A stretch of 64,000 nt of DNA. Origin: Felis catus (Eukaryota). The notes beneath the pieces were generated by a model that ran no database searches, was not told the origin of the DNA, and was given only the letters and a program-made list of their open reading frames with translations. Below, piece by piece: positions 1-12,113 of the stretch. The stretch lies in contig NC_058368.1 in the NCBI RefSeq assembly GCF_018350175.1, positions 12,214,001-12,278,000 of the forward strand, written 5' to 3'. Numbering within the stretch: the first letter of the stretch is position 1; every line of letters begins with the position of its first letter. The position numbers and the translations under genes are program-made.

Positions 1-1444
1 TTATTTCTGGCTACGGTTATACAAGAACAATCTTACAAAAAAGAAAACAATTTGGCAAACAGTGAGTGTTGCAGTGCACTCACCGTGGATGTTTCTTGTT
101 GGGTATCTCTCTAGCCTTCAACCAGATATGTCTGAAGAAGAATATTCATTTTGTTTCCCTTCAAACTAGCTCTTCTTTCTGTTTCCTTCATTTCCCCCAG
201 TCCTCCCTGGGGGGACATTTAGCATGAAATTCTATGGATTCTTTTCACTCTGATGTTTCTAGCATCCACCTGGCATTTGACTGTTGAAGTTGTCCTCTTT
301 GAACTGTTTGCTTAGGCTTCTCCCAGACCCCCTCAATGGTTTTCTGGCTTGTGTCCATTCTGCCCGTCAAACGCCATTTTGATTCAGTTCATTTCTCTCT
401 TCAAGTGCCTACAGAGGGTGTCCTTGTTCCTCACCATCACCTGGCATTTGCTCTAAATCTCCCTCTGCGTGTCCTCTGACCTGGTCATCCACAACCTGGC
501 TGAACATTAGGATCAGCACCTACTACCGTCTACTACCAGGATTTGTTTGTCTAATCTCTGCCATCGGATTATAAAGTGCTCTGAGGCAGGTACCTTATTT
601 GTCTTGTTATTCTCTGGAATGAATATTAATTAGCTAATAAATATTTCTTGTATGAATAAATGCTTGATGAAAAAGGGCTAGAAACTTATTACAGGTGGTT
701 CTTTAAAAAGAGTTAACTGTTTGTTTGTTTGTTTCCCAGTTACCGAGGCTTAGTTGACCTTTATTACCTGGAGTTTTGCCAGTCAGACTTCTCGAGTCAA
801 CAACATTTGTGATGATAATTGGTGTTCATAATGATTGCCCTGGGGCTGGACAAAATCTTGAACTGCCTTCTCAGTCATTTAAGAGAAGATCATATTAAGA
901 TGTTTGTTTCTAGTTAACAGGTTCATTACATGTATCATCATGGATTATCCATTTTAAAAGAATTAAAATAAAAAATTATGATAATATCACACTGAACATT
1001 AATTTTCCTTTGACGATCAGTCCATTCAACAAATAACTAGCACACACTTAATATGTGCAAGTTTATAGAGTTATTACCCAGGAATGTTCTACTCCAGTCA
1101 TATTTATGTATATCTGAAATGCCTTGTGCATCGATTGTGCCAGTAATTGGCATACACTGTGATAGTTCATCAAGTTTTGCCAATAGACGTTTAGCAAAAT
1201 ACGGCTCTTTAAAATAGTGTATTTTGTAGAGCAATTACTAAAAAGTTGCCTATGACGCAACGTTCTATAAATCAAATCCAGCTCTGTGATGTATCTTCAA
1301 GGTACCTTCGAGCAGGTTGGATGCCTATCTAATCTCACTGGTAACTTCGGCCTCGTGGTGGTGTCAGTAGCTCCTCTCCCCACGTCTGCACCGCCCAGGA
1401 GAGATGTAACACTAGGTAAGCAGATTCTAACTGGATGCTTTGAG

Positions 1445-1530
1445 CAGTGGTTCTCAAGCCTGGTGGCACACTGGGATCACCTAGGGAGTTTTAAAAACCA
1501 CTGATGCCTGGTTCCTTTGCAGGGATTCTG
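1445..1530. mobile_element. MER5-like MITE fragment
   Basis: cagtggttctcaagcctggtggcacactgggatcacctagggag...actgatgcctgg. Confidence 0.7.
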
Positions 1531-2546
1531 ACTGGCTGGTGTGGGATGTGGCCCTGTGTGCCTCTTTCCTGGCTCTAGTGCACATTGGATGGGCTCGCAG
1601 CCTCCCCCAGGTGACCCTGGCCCTGCGGTCCAGGAGCACCTTCTCCTTTCAGCTAGTAGCTCAGGTGAGGCCGTGGCTTTCTGCTGCTGCTACTCCCTGC
1701 GTTTCCTCTCTGTCCCTGCTGGCTTCTCTGCCCTTCCATCACATCTGTAACCAACTCTGTGGATTCCATTCTCCCTTTTGTAAAATCTCAAAGGCGTTCC
1801 TCTTTTCCTTGTTCTGGTTCTCAGAACTTGGAACGTGACTGAGACAGCTGGCAGTGAAGACAGTGAAAACCACGAAGTAAGCGCAAGATGAGACACCCTT
1901 GGACAGCCAACCTTAGTCCTGCCTGGAGGGCAGAAGAAGCCCAGGCAAGAGGGGATGGGGGAGTGGGAAGGACACAAATTTGGTGACCATTTCCAGACCA
2001 TTCTTTTAGCAGCACACTTTGCAGATATTCTATAACACAAGTCTCATGGGAGAATTTCATGAAATGTTCTAATTTCATCATTTTCTGATGATTTAATTTC
2101 CTTGTCATAGGTCACACTTTTATTTTGTAAAGTCTATAGGGAAGAAGTTAATTTTTTATGTGATGCCTATCTCCTGGTATGTAGGGTTGACTACTTATAA
2201 TCTTTTAGTCCATATTAGTGTGGTGGAAGAAACGTAAATGTGAGTTTCTTTTTACGTTTGCAATTCCTTTTTACCAAACCCTGCTTTTGGCTTATGCTTC
2301 AAATTCATGACCAACCATAAGGTAGGTTTGGAAAGTCTCATCCCAGTTAAAAAAAAAAAATCAACCTCAACAACTGCCTGTTCTTTGTCTTGTACAAGCA
2401 GGAGTGCTCTGTTCTGTATTACCTGTGTAGTCCTTTGGAGTTCTGTTGCCGGCTGCTGTGTAAACAGGAGGAAGCAATCCCAGTAATCAGAAGGAAGTTC
2501 AAGGCTGCTCACATGCAGACCCATAGCCTTTTCTTCACACATGCAT

Positions 2547-2572
<26 letters not shown>
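2547..2572. repeat. (AC)n microsatellite
   Basis: Direct reading. Confidence 0.95.
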
Positions 2573-2578
<6 letters not shown>

Positions 2579-2819
2579 ATAACTGCCACGCCCCCAGCTA
2601 ACCTTACAGCAGCCTTCGTCCAACTGTACTTTCTGAAATGGCCTCTTTTTCTGCTCCTTTGTAGACTCCTTCAGAAAGCGGTTGTGAACAACTACATTTT
2701 ACACAAAAAAATTGTCAGTCAAAGCCAGCGTTTTTGTTTTCTTAGGAACAGCACTGCTATAAGCAGAGAGATTGAACCCCGTTTACCTAGAAGTGAATAT
2801 TAATAATAAACATCTGTTT

Positions 2820-3060
2820 GGGGCGCCTGGGTGGCGCAGTCGGTTAAGCGTCCGACTTCAGCCAGGTCACGATCTTGCGGTCCATGAGTTCAAGCCCCGC
2901 GTCGGGCTCTGGGCTGATGGCTCGGAGCCTGGAGCCTGTTTCCGATTCTGTGTCTCCCTCTCTCTCTGCCCCTCCCCCGTTCATGCTCTGTCTCTCTCTG
3001 TGCCAAAAATAAATAAAAAACGTTGAAAAAAAATTAAAAAAAAATAAATAAAAAAAATAA
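2820..3060 (+). mobile_element. CanSINE (SINEC_Fc), full length, CpG-rich
   Basis: ggggcgcctgggtggcgcagtcggttaag head, A/B boxes, (CT)n, A-tail; TSD aataaacat(c/t)tgtt. Confidence 0.95.
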
Positions 3061-4257
3061 ACATTTGTTAAGCCCCATCTTAAAAGGTGTGCTACTATCA
3101 CCATTTTACAGATGAGACAATTGAGGCTTACAGAGGTTAATACCATGCTAAATTTGAGGCTTACAGAGCAGGGGAGTGGAGGTAAGAGTGGGATCCAAGC
3201 AGTCAGGACTGCTCCAGACCTTGTACTCTGAATTTATGTCCATCACGTTTTAAATGGCTGGGTGAATGCAAAGCTTCTCTAAGCCTGAGCTAATCAGTCT
3301 TGGGAAAATTAGAGGCTCAGAAAGACCCAGCAACTAATATAAGTCATTAGTGACTATTTAAGGTTAGGTTCACATTGCTTTCCTAGGAAAGGTAGCCAAC
3401 TGATTTACAAGGAGAAGAGAGACAATCGCTGGCTAAGAGAGCTGCACAAGGCCTCTAGAAGGAGAGACTGTAAATGGCAGATTTATAAGACAAATTACGA
3501 GATTGGCAATAAAAAGTGCATTAACCACTCCAGTCCAAACCACTAGTGGGTGGAAAACCAGGAATTATGGTTGCTATGAGGCAGAGCCCACAGTTACAAA
3601 GGGCCCAGGTTGACTCTGTGCTTGGGTTTATGTTCTTCTATGACTGTCTGGAAATTCTTCATCGACGTCTATCTCTGAATTTGTGTTTTGTGATGATGCT
3701 GTTTTGTGATGATCCAATGCAATATGCACATGGATGATGCACCAGGTAGCAGCCCGCGTACGGATGGCAGTGGTCCAGCACAGTCCACGGGCACACAGCA
3801 GTTGGCCCAGACCTTCCGTGCACGCCTCAGGCAGTTCAGCCTTCCCAGGGGTGTGGCCAGGACAGAATCTGGGTCCATCGGTGGTGGGAACGGTGGCAGC
3901 AGGAGTGGCAACCACAGATCTGCAAGTTCAAGGAAATGTCAGAGGAAACGTTGAAATAGCATCGTATAAATTCGCATGTAATGTTCCACTTACATGAAAC
4001 CCATTTGTACAGAGAGATAAATCTTTTAGAAGAAGTTATTCTGTGATAATCCTCAGTTCCAGATGTAATAAAATGTATATTTTGATATAATTTATCAGAA
4101 ATTTATCTGCATATAATATCTCCAATAATCCCAACAATGTTGTCTCAGCATGTAAAATAGCTCCAGTAACAGATGCATATGCAAAAAGAGTCTTCTCAAA
4201 ATTAAAAATGATAGAAAATATTTTTGTAATCTTGCAAGAGGGACTAATATTGTTTTA

Positions 4258-4481
4258 TATATGTATAAATTTTTTTTAACGTTTATTTATTATTGAGAGA
4301 GAGACAGACAGAGCATGAGCATGGGAGGGGCAGAGAGAGGAGAAGACCCAGAATCTGAAGGAGGTTCCAGGCTCTGAGCTGTTAGCACAGAGCCTGATGC
4401 AGGGCTCAAGCCCACAAACCCAGCGAGATCATGACCTGAGCTGAAGTGAGACGCTTAACCGACGAGCCACCCAGGCGCTCC
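4258..4481 (-). mobile_element. CanSINE
   Basis: 18-bp TSD gggactaatattgtttta at 4240-4257 and 4482-4499. Confidence 0.95.
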
Positions 4482-4526
4482 GGGACTAATATTGTTTTAA
4501 ATCAATAGCTATTAAAAATAAAGTTG

Positions 4527-4730
4527 CGGGGCTCCTCGGGGGCTCAGTCGGTTGAGCATCCGACTTCTGTTCAGGTTATGATCTGGTTCGTGGGTTCCAG
4601 CCCCGTGTCTGTGCTGACAGTTTGGAGCCTGGAGCCTGCTTTGTTCTGTCTCCCTCCCTCACTGTTCCTCCCCTGCTCATGCTCTGTCTCTCTCCCTGAA
4701 AAATAAATAAACATTAAAAAAACAAAAAAA
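4527..4730 (+). mobile_element. CanSINE
   Basis: Head ggggctcctcggggg; TSD aaaaataaagtt. Confidence 0.92.
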
Positions 4731-6420
4731 AAATAAAGTTACTAGAAGTATGGATTTTGACGTTCCAATAAATTAGCCAAAATGTCAGAAAAATCATACG
4801 ATCGATGGAGGTATCACATTAACAAAGCATAATCATTATGACATGATATAAAATGATGACACCAAAATATCATTCTGCAAATTTGCAAGTTTGTGTTGTT
4901 ACTCGTGCATCGCTATTACTCCTGTTACTCTCTTGTAGGTAACACAAAACTTTTGAAGGAGAACTTTTTATATTTTAGTACCTTCAGTAGCACTTTGCCC
5001 TGCCCTTTCAACGGTAGCTTTCATTTTCATTTTGCATGGGGTCCTTTACGTTAGGTATCTGGCCCTGCTCCCAGCAGAAGGAGATGATACTATAGAAGAG
5101 ACAAAGGGGATGAGGTTCCTTACCAAGCGTCCAAGTTTCATTTTTATCCTGATGAAATATATAGCTCCAAGCAGAGGGAGTGGCCAGCTCAGGGCTGGGG
5201 TTGAGTGAGTGCTGAGTCAGGTGCTACCTTCTGGCGTCTGGCCAGGGCGAGTCTCGCTTTGGAGCCGGCGTGCTTTCTCTGGTTGCCAAAGTAGCACATT
5301 AGGTGCTGGACGGCATTCCAGGCAGAGACAATCCGACAAGAAGGGATTGTTTCTTTCCTTAGTCACTCCTCTAGTACAAAGTACTGTATGTTTTATGTCT
5401 ATTTTTATTCTCATCTTCTTTTCCTTCTCCCCAGAATTAGCGCCGCTTCCAAGGGGAGAGGGAGATGGCAGAGCGGTCTGGTGTCTGTTGTGCTGGGCTG
5501 GAGAGCTGGATGTGGGCCTGGCTTTGCCCCTTGTTGAGACCTTTAGAAGCTACTCAAGTCTTTACTTCTTCATTGGTGAAGGATGCAGTGACAGCTGATG
5601 CATATTAGTGACACTGCTTTGACTCGTCGCTTTTGTGTCATCAGAGCAAATGTCAACAGCGGGAGAAAGGCAAAAACACGGTAGGATTATTACAACAGTG
5701 CTTGGTCATGTACGTGCCCCGAACGGGTCTTGGGGACCTGCAGGGTTCTGTGGACCACACTTTTGAGAACCACTGTTCTGTGGCATCGTTTGAAGATGAC
5801 AGAAGCCCCAGTGTTCAGAGGAGACCCAGGAGCCCGAGAGAGGAAAACCCAGCAGAACACACAGGACAAGCCCCTACATGAAAGATTAAAGTTTGAACCA
5901 AAACGCAGAAGTATGTCAACGTAGTCAGTTATACTTTGTAAAGACTTTCTGCATGCTTTTTGAACTAAAACTGCTAGCAAATGAATTGGAGGGCAGTGGT
6001 GTTAGTGAGACTGTTAGTGACCTGGAAATTCACCCGGAAGTAATATCTTAAAACACAGAGCAAACGAACGAGGACAAGATAATCAGGAGAAAAAAACTGG
6101 ATTGTTGGCAGCTGTATCTGGAAGAATTAACATGTGAGTAAAAGAAGATTTAGAGAAGAGAAAAGGAGCAGATGGAGAAGAGGCAACAATTAAACTAATG
6201 GAAGAAGAAAATGTCCTCAAGATTAAGAAAGACCTGAATGTGCAAACTGAAACTATTCACAGAGTTCCAAGCATAAGGAATGAGACAAAAATGTCCCCAA
6301 AGCTAGTCTGGAAAATTCTTAAACTCCAAGAATGGAGAGAAACCATTACCAACTTCTAGACAGAAATAACTGATTGCTTAAAGAATCAATGCCATTCGAT
6401 GTTTCATATGCAACACCTTA

Positions 6421-6642
6421 ATTTTTTTTTTCTAATGTTCATTTACTTTTCAGAGAGAGAGACAGAGACAGAGTGCGAACAGGGGAGGGGCAGAGAGACA
6501 GGGAGACACAGCATCTGAAGCAGGCTCCAGGCTCCGAGCTGTCAGCACAGAGCCCAACACGGGGCTTGAACCCACGAACCACAAGATCATGACCTGAGCC
6601 GAAGTCAGACACTTAACTGACTGAGCCACCCAGGTGCCTCTC
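6421..6642 (-). mobile_element. CanSINE
   Basis: TSD atgcaacaccttaa. Confidence 0.95.
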
Positions 6643-8611
6643 AAATGCAACACCTTAAGCATAAGATGGCGGGTATGTGGCCACTGAGAGAAATGAATTG
6701 CCACGAAGACCCTTTCTTCTCTGAGCGTGTCAGTCACCTTTCAGGATGGAGGTAAAAGCAAGTGTGCTGTGATCCAGACAGCATATCAGTCGTGCACCTG
6801 GGACTCTGGAAGAAACCCCTAGGGGAGGATAGAGCAGGCAGACCTCCCCCCACTGCCTGTACCACCACCGAAGGAACCAGAGCACGGGGAGGAAGAGAAG
6901 CAACGGTGAGCAATGTGTGCCCAGTGGAACCCAGATGGACAGCAAGAGACCAGGATTGAATACTAGCAACCCCAGATAAGAATTCTTAAAATAGAAAGGA
7001 ACTATGCAAGGGTAATTCTAAGAATAATCTGGAACTAAAAGTGCTGAACTATTTAAGGGAAATCTAAGAGCTAGGGGTGAAGGAGGAGAAAAGCAATGAA
7101 GCAAAGCATTACGAAGATTTAATCTTGGTCTGGATAAGGGCAGAGTTGAGAATAGGAATGAAAATATTCTTAGGAGACTGATCTCATTAGTACAGGCGGT
7201 CTTGGCGAAGGAATAAATTATATCTTTTGTGTTTTTTTAAAGAAAATTACAGAAATGTGTGTTTTGTTATGAGCCCCGAGAGAGAGGAAGCAAACATTTA
7301 TGGAATAGAAACTTCCAGCAGAACAACAGTATTCACAAAATGAAAAAGACAATGAAAGGAAATTTATGAAAACCAGCAAAAAATAGCAAAAGGAAAAGGA
7401 GACAGCAAAATAAAGCAAGCTGAATACAAAGTAAGCGAAAAATGGAAGGAGTAAAATAAAGCACAAAAAGCACCATGAGGTCAAAAAAGGAAAAAGAGAG
7501 AAGTCTGAGAAACACTCACAGCAGGAGAAGCCTGAGGAACATGACAATTACATGAAATGTGGTATCCTGGACAGAGAACAGACATTTGATAAAAAAACTA
7601 AGAGAATCTGGTTTGGTTTTTAGCTTAGTGGGAGAGAAAGACATTACTGTACTATTTATGCAAACAACTATGTAATTACAAATAAGAAAAGTGCAAAGGA
7701 CAAAAGGACTGTGAGACTATTTCCCCAACTTAGTTGAGGGTATGAGGGAGGACTTCCTGGAGGAAGTGACTGAAGCTGAGACCTAAGTGTAGATAGGAGT
7801 TCCCTAGCCACTGGGGACAGGCGTGGTGAACACTACTGCAGAAAAGTTTGGAGGTGGGCAGAGGGAGAGAGGTGGAAAGTGGACCTATTTATCCTAAGCC
7901 TATAGCTAGTGTCTACTTTAAGGTGCAGTCACAATTTTTCTATTTATTAAATAGGAACCTATTTATTTACTGACTCCTGAAGAACATGCAGGGTTGTTTT
8001 TTTTTTTTTTTTTAACATCCATGCATTACTTACAAAAATAGTTGGTCATGTACTTGACCACACAGAAAACCTTTATCTCAAAAAGGTGATTCAGAAACCT
8101 AAAAAACACTGATGATCTCCTAGGAAAACATAAATTATTAAAATGGAAGTAGAAGTACAAACCTTGAATTAGACCAAGCACCATAGAAGAGATGATAAAG
8201 GTGATTAAAAATGCATTACTGAAACAAGTTAACAGGATTTGATGATTTCATAGCTGAACACTAAGCTTAACAGGCAAGCCATTCTGAACCATTTAAGACC
8301 CTAGAAGAAGACAATTCTCATTGTCTTTATGAAAGCAATCCTGTTACTACAACCTAATAAAAATACTGCAAAAAGGTTGATGTCATTCTAATTAGATGCA
8401 AAATATTTTAAATGTGATATTAGCTACAATAATCCAGAAATATGTAAACAGACTAAGAAACTATGGCCAATAGAGTCAATTGCAGGAATGAAATGTAGAT
8501 ATCAGGAAATCAAGCAATGTAATTCATTAAATCAACACATTAAAGCCGAAAAATAAATGAACAAGCCAAAAGATGCTGCAGAGCCATTTTGATAAACATT
8601 CAGGAGTTCTT

Positions 8612-8830
8612 TCCTTTTTTTATTTTTAAGTTTATTTATTTATTTTGAGAGAGACAGAGACAGCAGAGATGGGGAAGGGGCAGAGAGAGAGGGAGAGAGG
8701 AAGAATCCCAAGCAGGCTCCACGCTGTCCGCACAGAGCCTGACATAGGGCTCGGACCCAGGAAGCCGTGAGATCATGACCCGAGCCGAAACCAGGAGCTG
8801 CCATTTAACCAAATCAGCCATCCAGGAGCC
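8612..8830 (-). mobile_element. CanSINE (older subfamily)
   Basis: T-tail, (GA)n, gaatcccaagcaggctcc body. Confidence 0.92.
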
Positions 8831-8873
8831 TTAGGAGTTATTCTGAATAATAACTTCAAGAATATATGTACAT

Positions 8874-9106
8874 GGGGTGCCTGGGTGGCTCAGTCGGTTG
8901 GGCGTCCGACTTCGGCTCAGGTCATGATCTCACCGTCTGTGAGTTCGAGCCCCGCGTCAGGCTCTGTGCTGATAGCTCAGAGCCTGGAGCCTGTTTCCGA
9001 TTCTGTGTCTCCCTCTCTCCCTCCCTGTGTCACCCTCCCCCATTCATGCTCTGTCTCTCTCTGTCTCAAAAATAAATAAATGTTAAAAAAAAATTAAAAA
9101 AAAAAA
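8874..9106 (+). mobile_element. CanSINE (SINEC_Fc)
   Basis: TSD aagaatatatgtacatg. Confidence 0.95.
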
Positions 9107-9380
9107 AGAATATATGTACATGAGGAACCCTCGTAAATATGATATAGACTACAAAACACCGGTAAACATTATCCTAACTAGAAAAACACCCAAATCATTT
9201 TCATCGTAATCAGGAACTAGATAAGATTGGGGGCTCTTGTCATTATTATTCAGCATTGTCTTAGAGGTTCTAGCAAAGATAGTAAGAAAAGATAGTAAAA
9301 TCATTTTAAACACATTTAAAGTCATTTAAAAACATTGGAAAGGGAAGGATAAAACTTTCGTTTTTTGTTGGTAATATTAT

Positions 9381-9841
9381 TGTTATGCCCAGAATTCGTG
9401 ATCCCCAAAGACCACTAGGGAGCCGAGTCCGATGCAAAAGCAAAAGAGCCTTTATTCGAGCTAGCTCGAGCTCAATCCCCTACCTGCACTGATGCAGTGG
9501 TGAGATACCGGGGAGAGAGAGCGAGTTTCAAAAGGACAAAGGTTTTATAGGGGTCTAGGGGCAGTTGGTGAGGTAATGGCTGTGGCCTCAGCCAATTGGC
9601 TGGGGAAGGGTCGTGGCCTCGGCTGATTGGCTGGGGAAGGGTCAGAGTCCTGTTACGCAGGTCGCTGGGCGTGTTTTGATCAGGAAGTTTGAACGGGTGA
9701 GCGGGAGGTTACTCAAGGGGAGGAGGCTCGGTCTGAGGTTTCTGCGATTTTCCAGGGAAAGGGGTCATGTCGGGGACATAGTCACTCAAGGTGGAGGACA
9801 CAGAACAAGATGGAGTCGGCCGGCATAGACTCGCCCTTTCA
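9381..9841 (-). mobile_element. Solo LTR of a gammaretrovirus-like (ERV1-class) endogenous retrovirus, 461 bp
   Basis: Minus strand TGAAAGG...CATAACA; ATTAT duplicated at 9376-9380 and 9842-9846; two CCAAT boxes, TATAAAA (~9543-9549), AATAAA (9451-9456) followed by an MLV-like ...TTTGCATCGGACTCG R/U5 junction; no PBS or internal sequence next to it. Confidence 0.9.
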
Positions 9842-10906
9842 ATTATATTCTTGGAAAAGACAAGAGACATAAGAAAAAAGCACTTGAAATGGTAAGATAC
9901 AGAGATAGAAAAATGACATACAACAATGAATAGCAGAAATCACCTAAATGTGAGCATGGGAAAAATTAATTTGTGGTTGCAATAAAATGTAAGGCAATAC
10001 TGTGAAGAAAAGTATAAAATCCTAACAACAAGATTCAACCTAATGGAAAATCGTTCTATGTTCTTCGATATATCCTAAATTCTTAGATTTATAGACTGAA
10101 TGTAATTAAAATGTTAGATCTCCCCAAATTCACTATACGCATGTATATATAATATTTATAATACATTAATTATGATATGTACTACAATTCCAGTTAGAAT
10201 CACAACACTTAAAAATAATATAAAATGTTCTTAAAGCTTATTTGAAAAAAATGAAAAGTCCAACGATAAAATGTATAAAGAAAGACCTAGTGAGCGCAGA
10301 TATTAAAACATACCATACAGCCACTATAATCAAATAAATAGGGCATTGGGTTTTGAAACACATAATGGTAGAATAATTGAATGGAAAATCTAGATATTTG
10401 TATTCCAAAATACACACTATTTTAATCTATCATGAAGTTTACATTTCATTTCAGTGTGAGAAGAAAGGTACACATTCAACTGGCTGTTCATCTGGAAGAA
10501 AACAGAAATGTATTTTCTATTTTCTCTCAGCATTTAAATAAATAAATCCCCGATAATGGAAGACTTCAGTGTAAAGAACTAGATTAAAAAAATCGAGGAG
10601 ATAAACAAATTATCTAAATTATAAAAGAACATGTAGGAGCCTCCATATACAGTTTAGGATTTGTGGAGAATGTTCTCACCCAAGACAAGAAACCAACAGC
10701 TAGAAAAGATTTAAACAAGGTCAGTGAGGAATTGTAGAGGTCAAAATATATTTGCATCACAGATGACAGATAAAAAGTTAATATCTTTAAAATACCAAGA
10801 GTTTCACTAATAGGCGACAGAAAATAAAAATAAATATGAATGGATAATTTAGCCCAAAGTGGGCATAGTGGCCATAAGGTATGGATATTTAAAATCATCT
10901 GTAATC

Positions 10907-11072
10907 GGAGCACCTGGGTAGCTCAGTTAGTAAAGCGTCAGACTCTTGATTTTGGTTCAGGTCATGATCTCATGGTTCATGGGATGGAGCCCCACATCAG
11001 GCTGTGTGCTGTCAGCTCGGAGCCTGCTTGGGATTCTATCTCCTCTCTTTTTGTGCCCTTCCCTCGCTCACG

Positions 11073-11103
<31 letters not shown>

Positions 11104-11127
11104 AAAATAAATAAACATTAAGAAAAT
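10907..11127 (+). mobile_element. CanSINE
   Basis: TSD aaaatcatctgtaatc. Confidence 0.93.
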
Positions 11128-11302
11128 AAAATCATCTGTAATCAAAGAAATGCAAATTAAAGTAACAACACAATAACCCTTTACAGCCATGTAATTAACA
11201 AAGACAATAGAATGGTAACACTGTTACTCTCTTTGGAGGTAAGGATGCAGAGGAAAAGGTACTGTTGCACTTTGCAAACTGAAATGTGAATCGTTACAGT
11301 CC

Positions 11303-11509
11303 TTTTTATTTTTTTTAGTGTTTATTTATTTATCTTGAGAGAGAGGGCAGGCGCCCATGAGCAGGGGAGGGGCGGGGAGAGAGGAGACAGAAAATCCCAA
11401 GCAGGCTCTGGGCTCACAGCAGGACTTTGATCTCATAAATAGTGAGATCATGGTCTGAGCAGCAACCAAGAGTCAGATGCTTAACTGACTGAGCCACCCA
11501 GGCGCCCCC
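11303..11509 (-). mobile_element. CanSINE
   Basis: TSD gttacagtc. Confidence 0.93.
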
Positions 11510-11995
11510 TGTTACAGTCATTTTTAAACTGAAGTTTGGAAATATCTTCTAAAAATAAAAATTCACATGCACTTTGATCTACCAATCTCATTCCTAGGCA
11601 GCTATTCTGAAGAAATAAAAATACATACCGTAATAATATAATTTCACAAGAATGGTGTATCATGTTTATGACAGCATTATTCATACAGTTAAAATTCTGA
11701 AACAAGATGAATTCCCATAAAGAGAGGAATGGTTGAATCAATCTTTAAAATAAAAAAATTTAAATATCATAAAACATTATGCAGCCATTAAAAAGAATGA
11801 ATTATAGCAAAATCAGTTGACTCCGTTAGGATTTCTATGAAGTATCATTGAGAAAATCTAACTGCAGAAATGTATTAACGCTGCATTTCTGTAAATAATA
11901 CTAATAAACGATGACCAAAGTATGTCATAATGTTGTTTGTGAATGTGTGCACTTGTTTACAAGGCTAGGTTAACACAGAATACTTAGTGTGGTTT

Positions 11996-12113
11996 GGGAA
12001 GGAAGGAGGGAAGGAGGGGGAGGGGAAGGGGAAGGGAGGGGAGAGGAAGAAAGGAGGGACTGAGGGCTGGGGGAGGGAGGAAGGAAGGAATAAATGAGGG
12101 AGGTAGGGAGGGA
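11996..12113. repeat. Polypurine GGAA/GGGA low-complexity tract
   Basis: Direct reading. Confidence 0.9.

Larger units (their letters stand above)
3559..5067 (+). mobile_element. hAT-Tip100 DNA transposon relic (MER45B/MER45R-like) interrupted by two CanSINEs
   Basis: MER45-like termini (cagg...gggcccagg...gaaattctt; ttttcattttgca...ggccctg); ~4160-4240 resembles decayed hAT dimerisation-domain coding sequence (PVT.A.AERSFSKLK.I..Y pattern). Confidence 0.65.
5990..11900 (+). mobile_element. Highly decayed ancient LINE-1 (L1M/L1ME-like; ORF1, ORF2 and 3' remnants) interrupted by SINEs, the LTR and L2/L1 fragments
   Basis: A-rich plus strand with recognisable L1 motifs at ~6230-6420 (ORF1), ~8120-8600 and ~9130-10200 (ORF2) and ~11150-11830 (3' end, gcagccattaaaaagaatgaa); no open frame left. 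Confidence 0.7.

Noticed and set aside
2820..2900. tRNA-like A/B box sequences
   Set aside because: These are the tRNA-derived heads of CanSINEs, followed by (CT)n and A-tails, not tRNA genes
2772..3146. ORFs such as MAQSVKRPTSAQV... and ...GACFRFCVSLSL... recurring through the window
   Set aside because: Translations of CanSINE sequence, not genes
7218..7547. Hydrophobic Phe/Leu-rich ORFs resembling membrane proteins
   Set aside because: Reverse complement of an A-rich L1-derived tract
9300..9380. Proviral interior (PBS/gag) next to the LTR
   Set aside because: The sequence after the LTR 3' end is the TSD and then L1-derived DNA, with no TGG-starting primer-binding site
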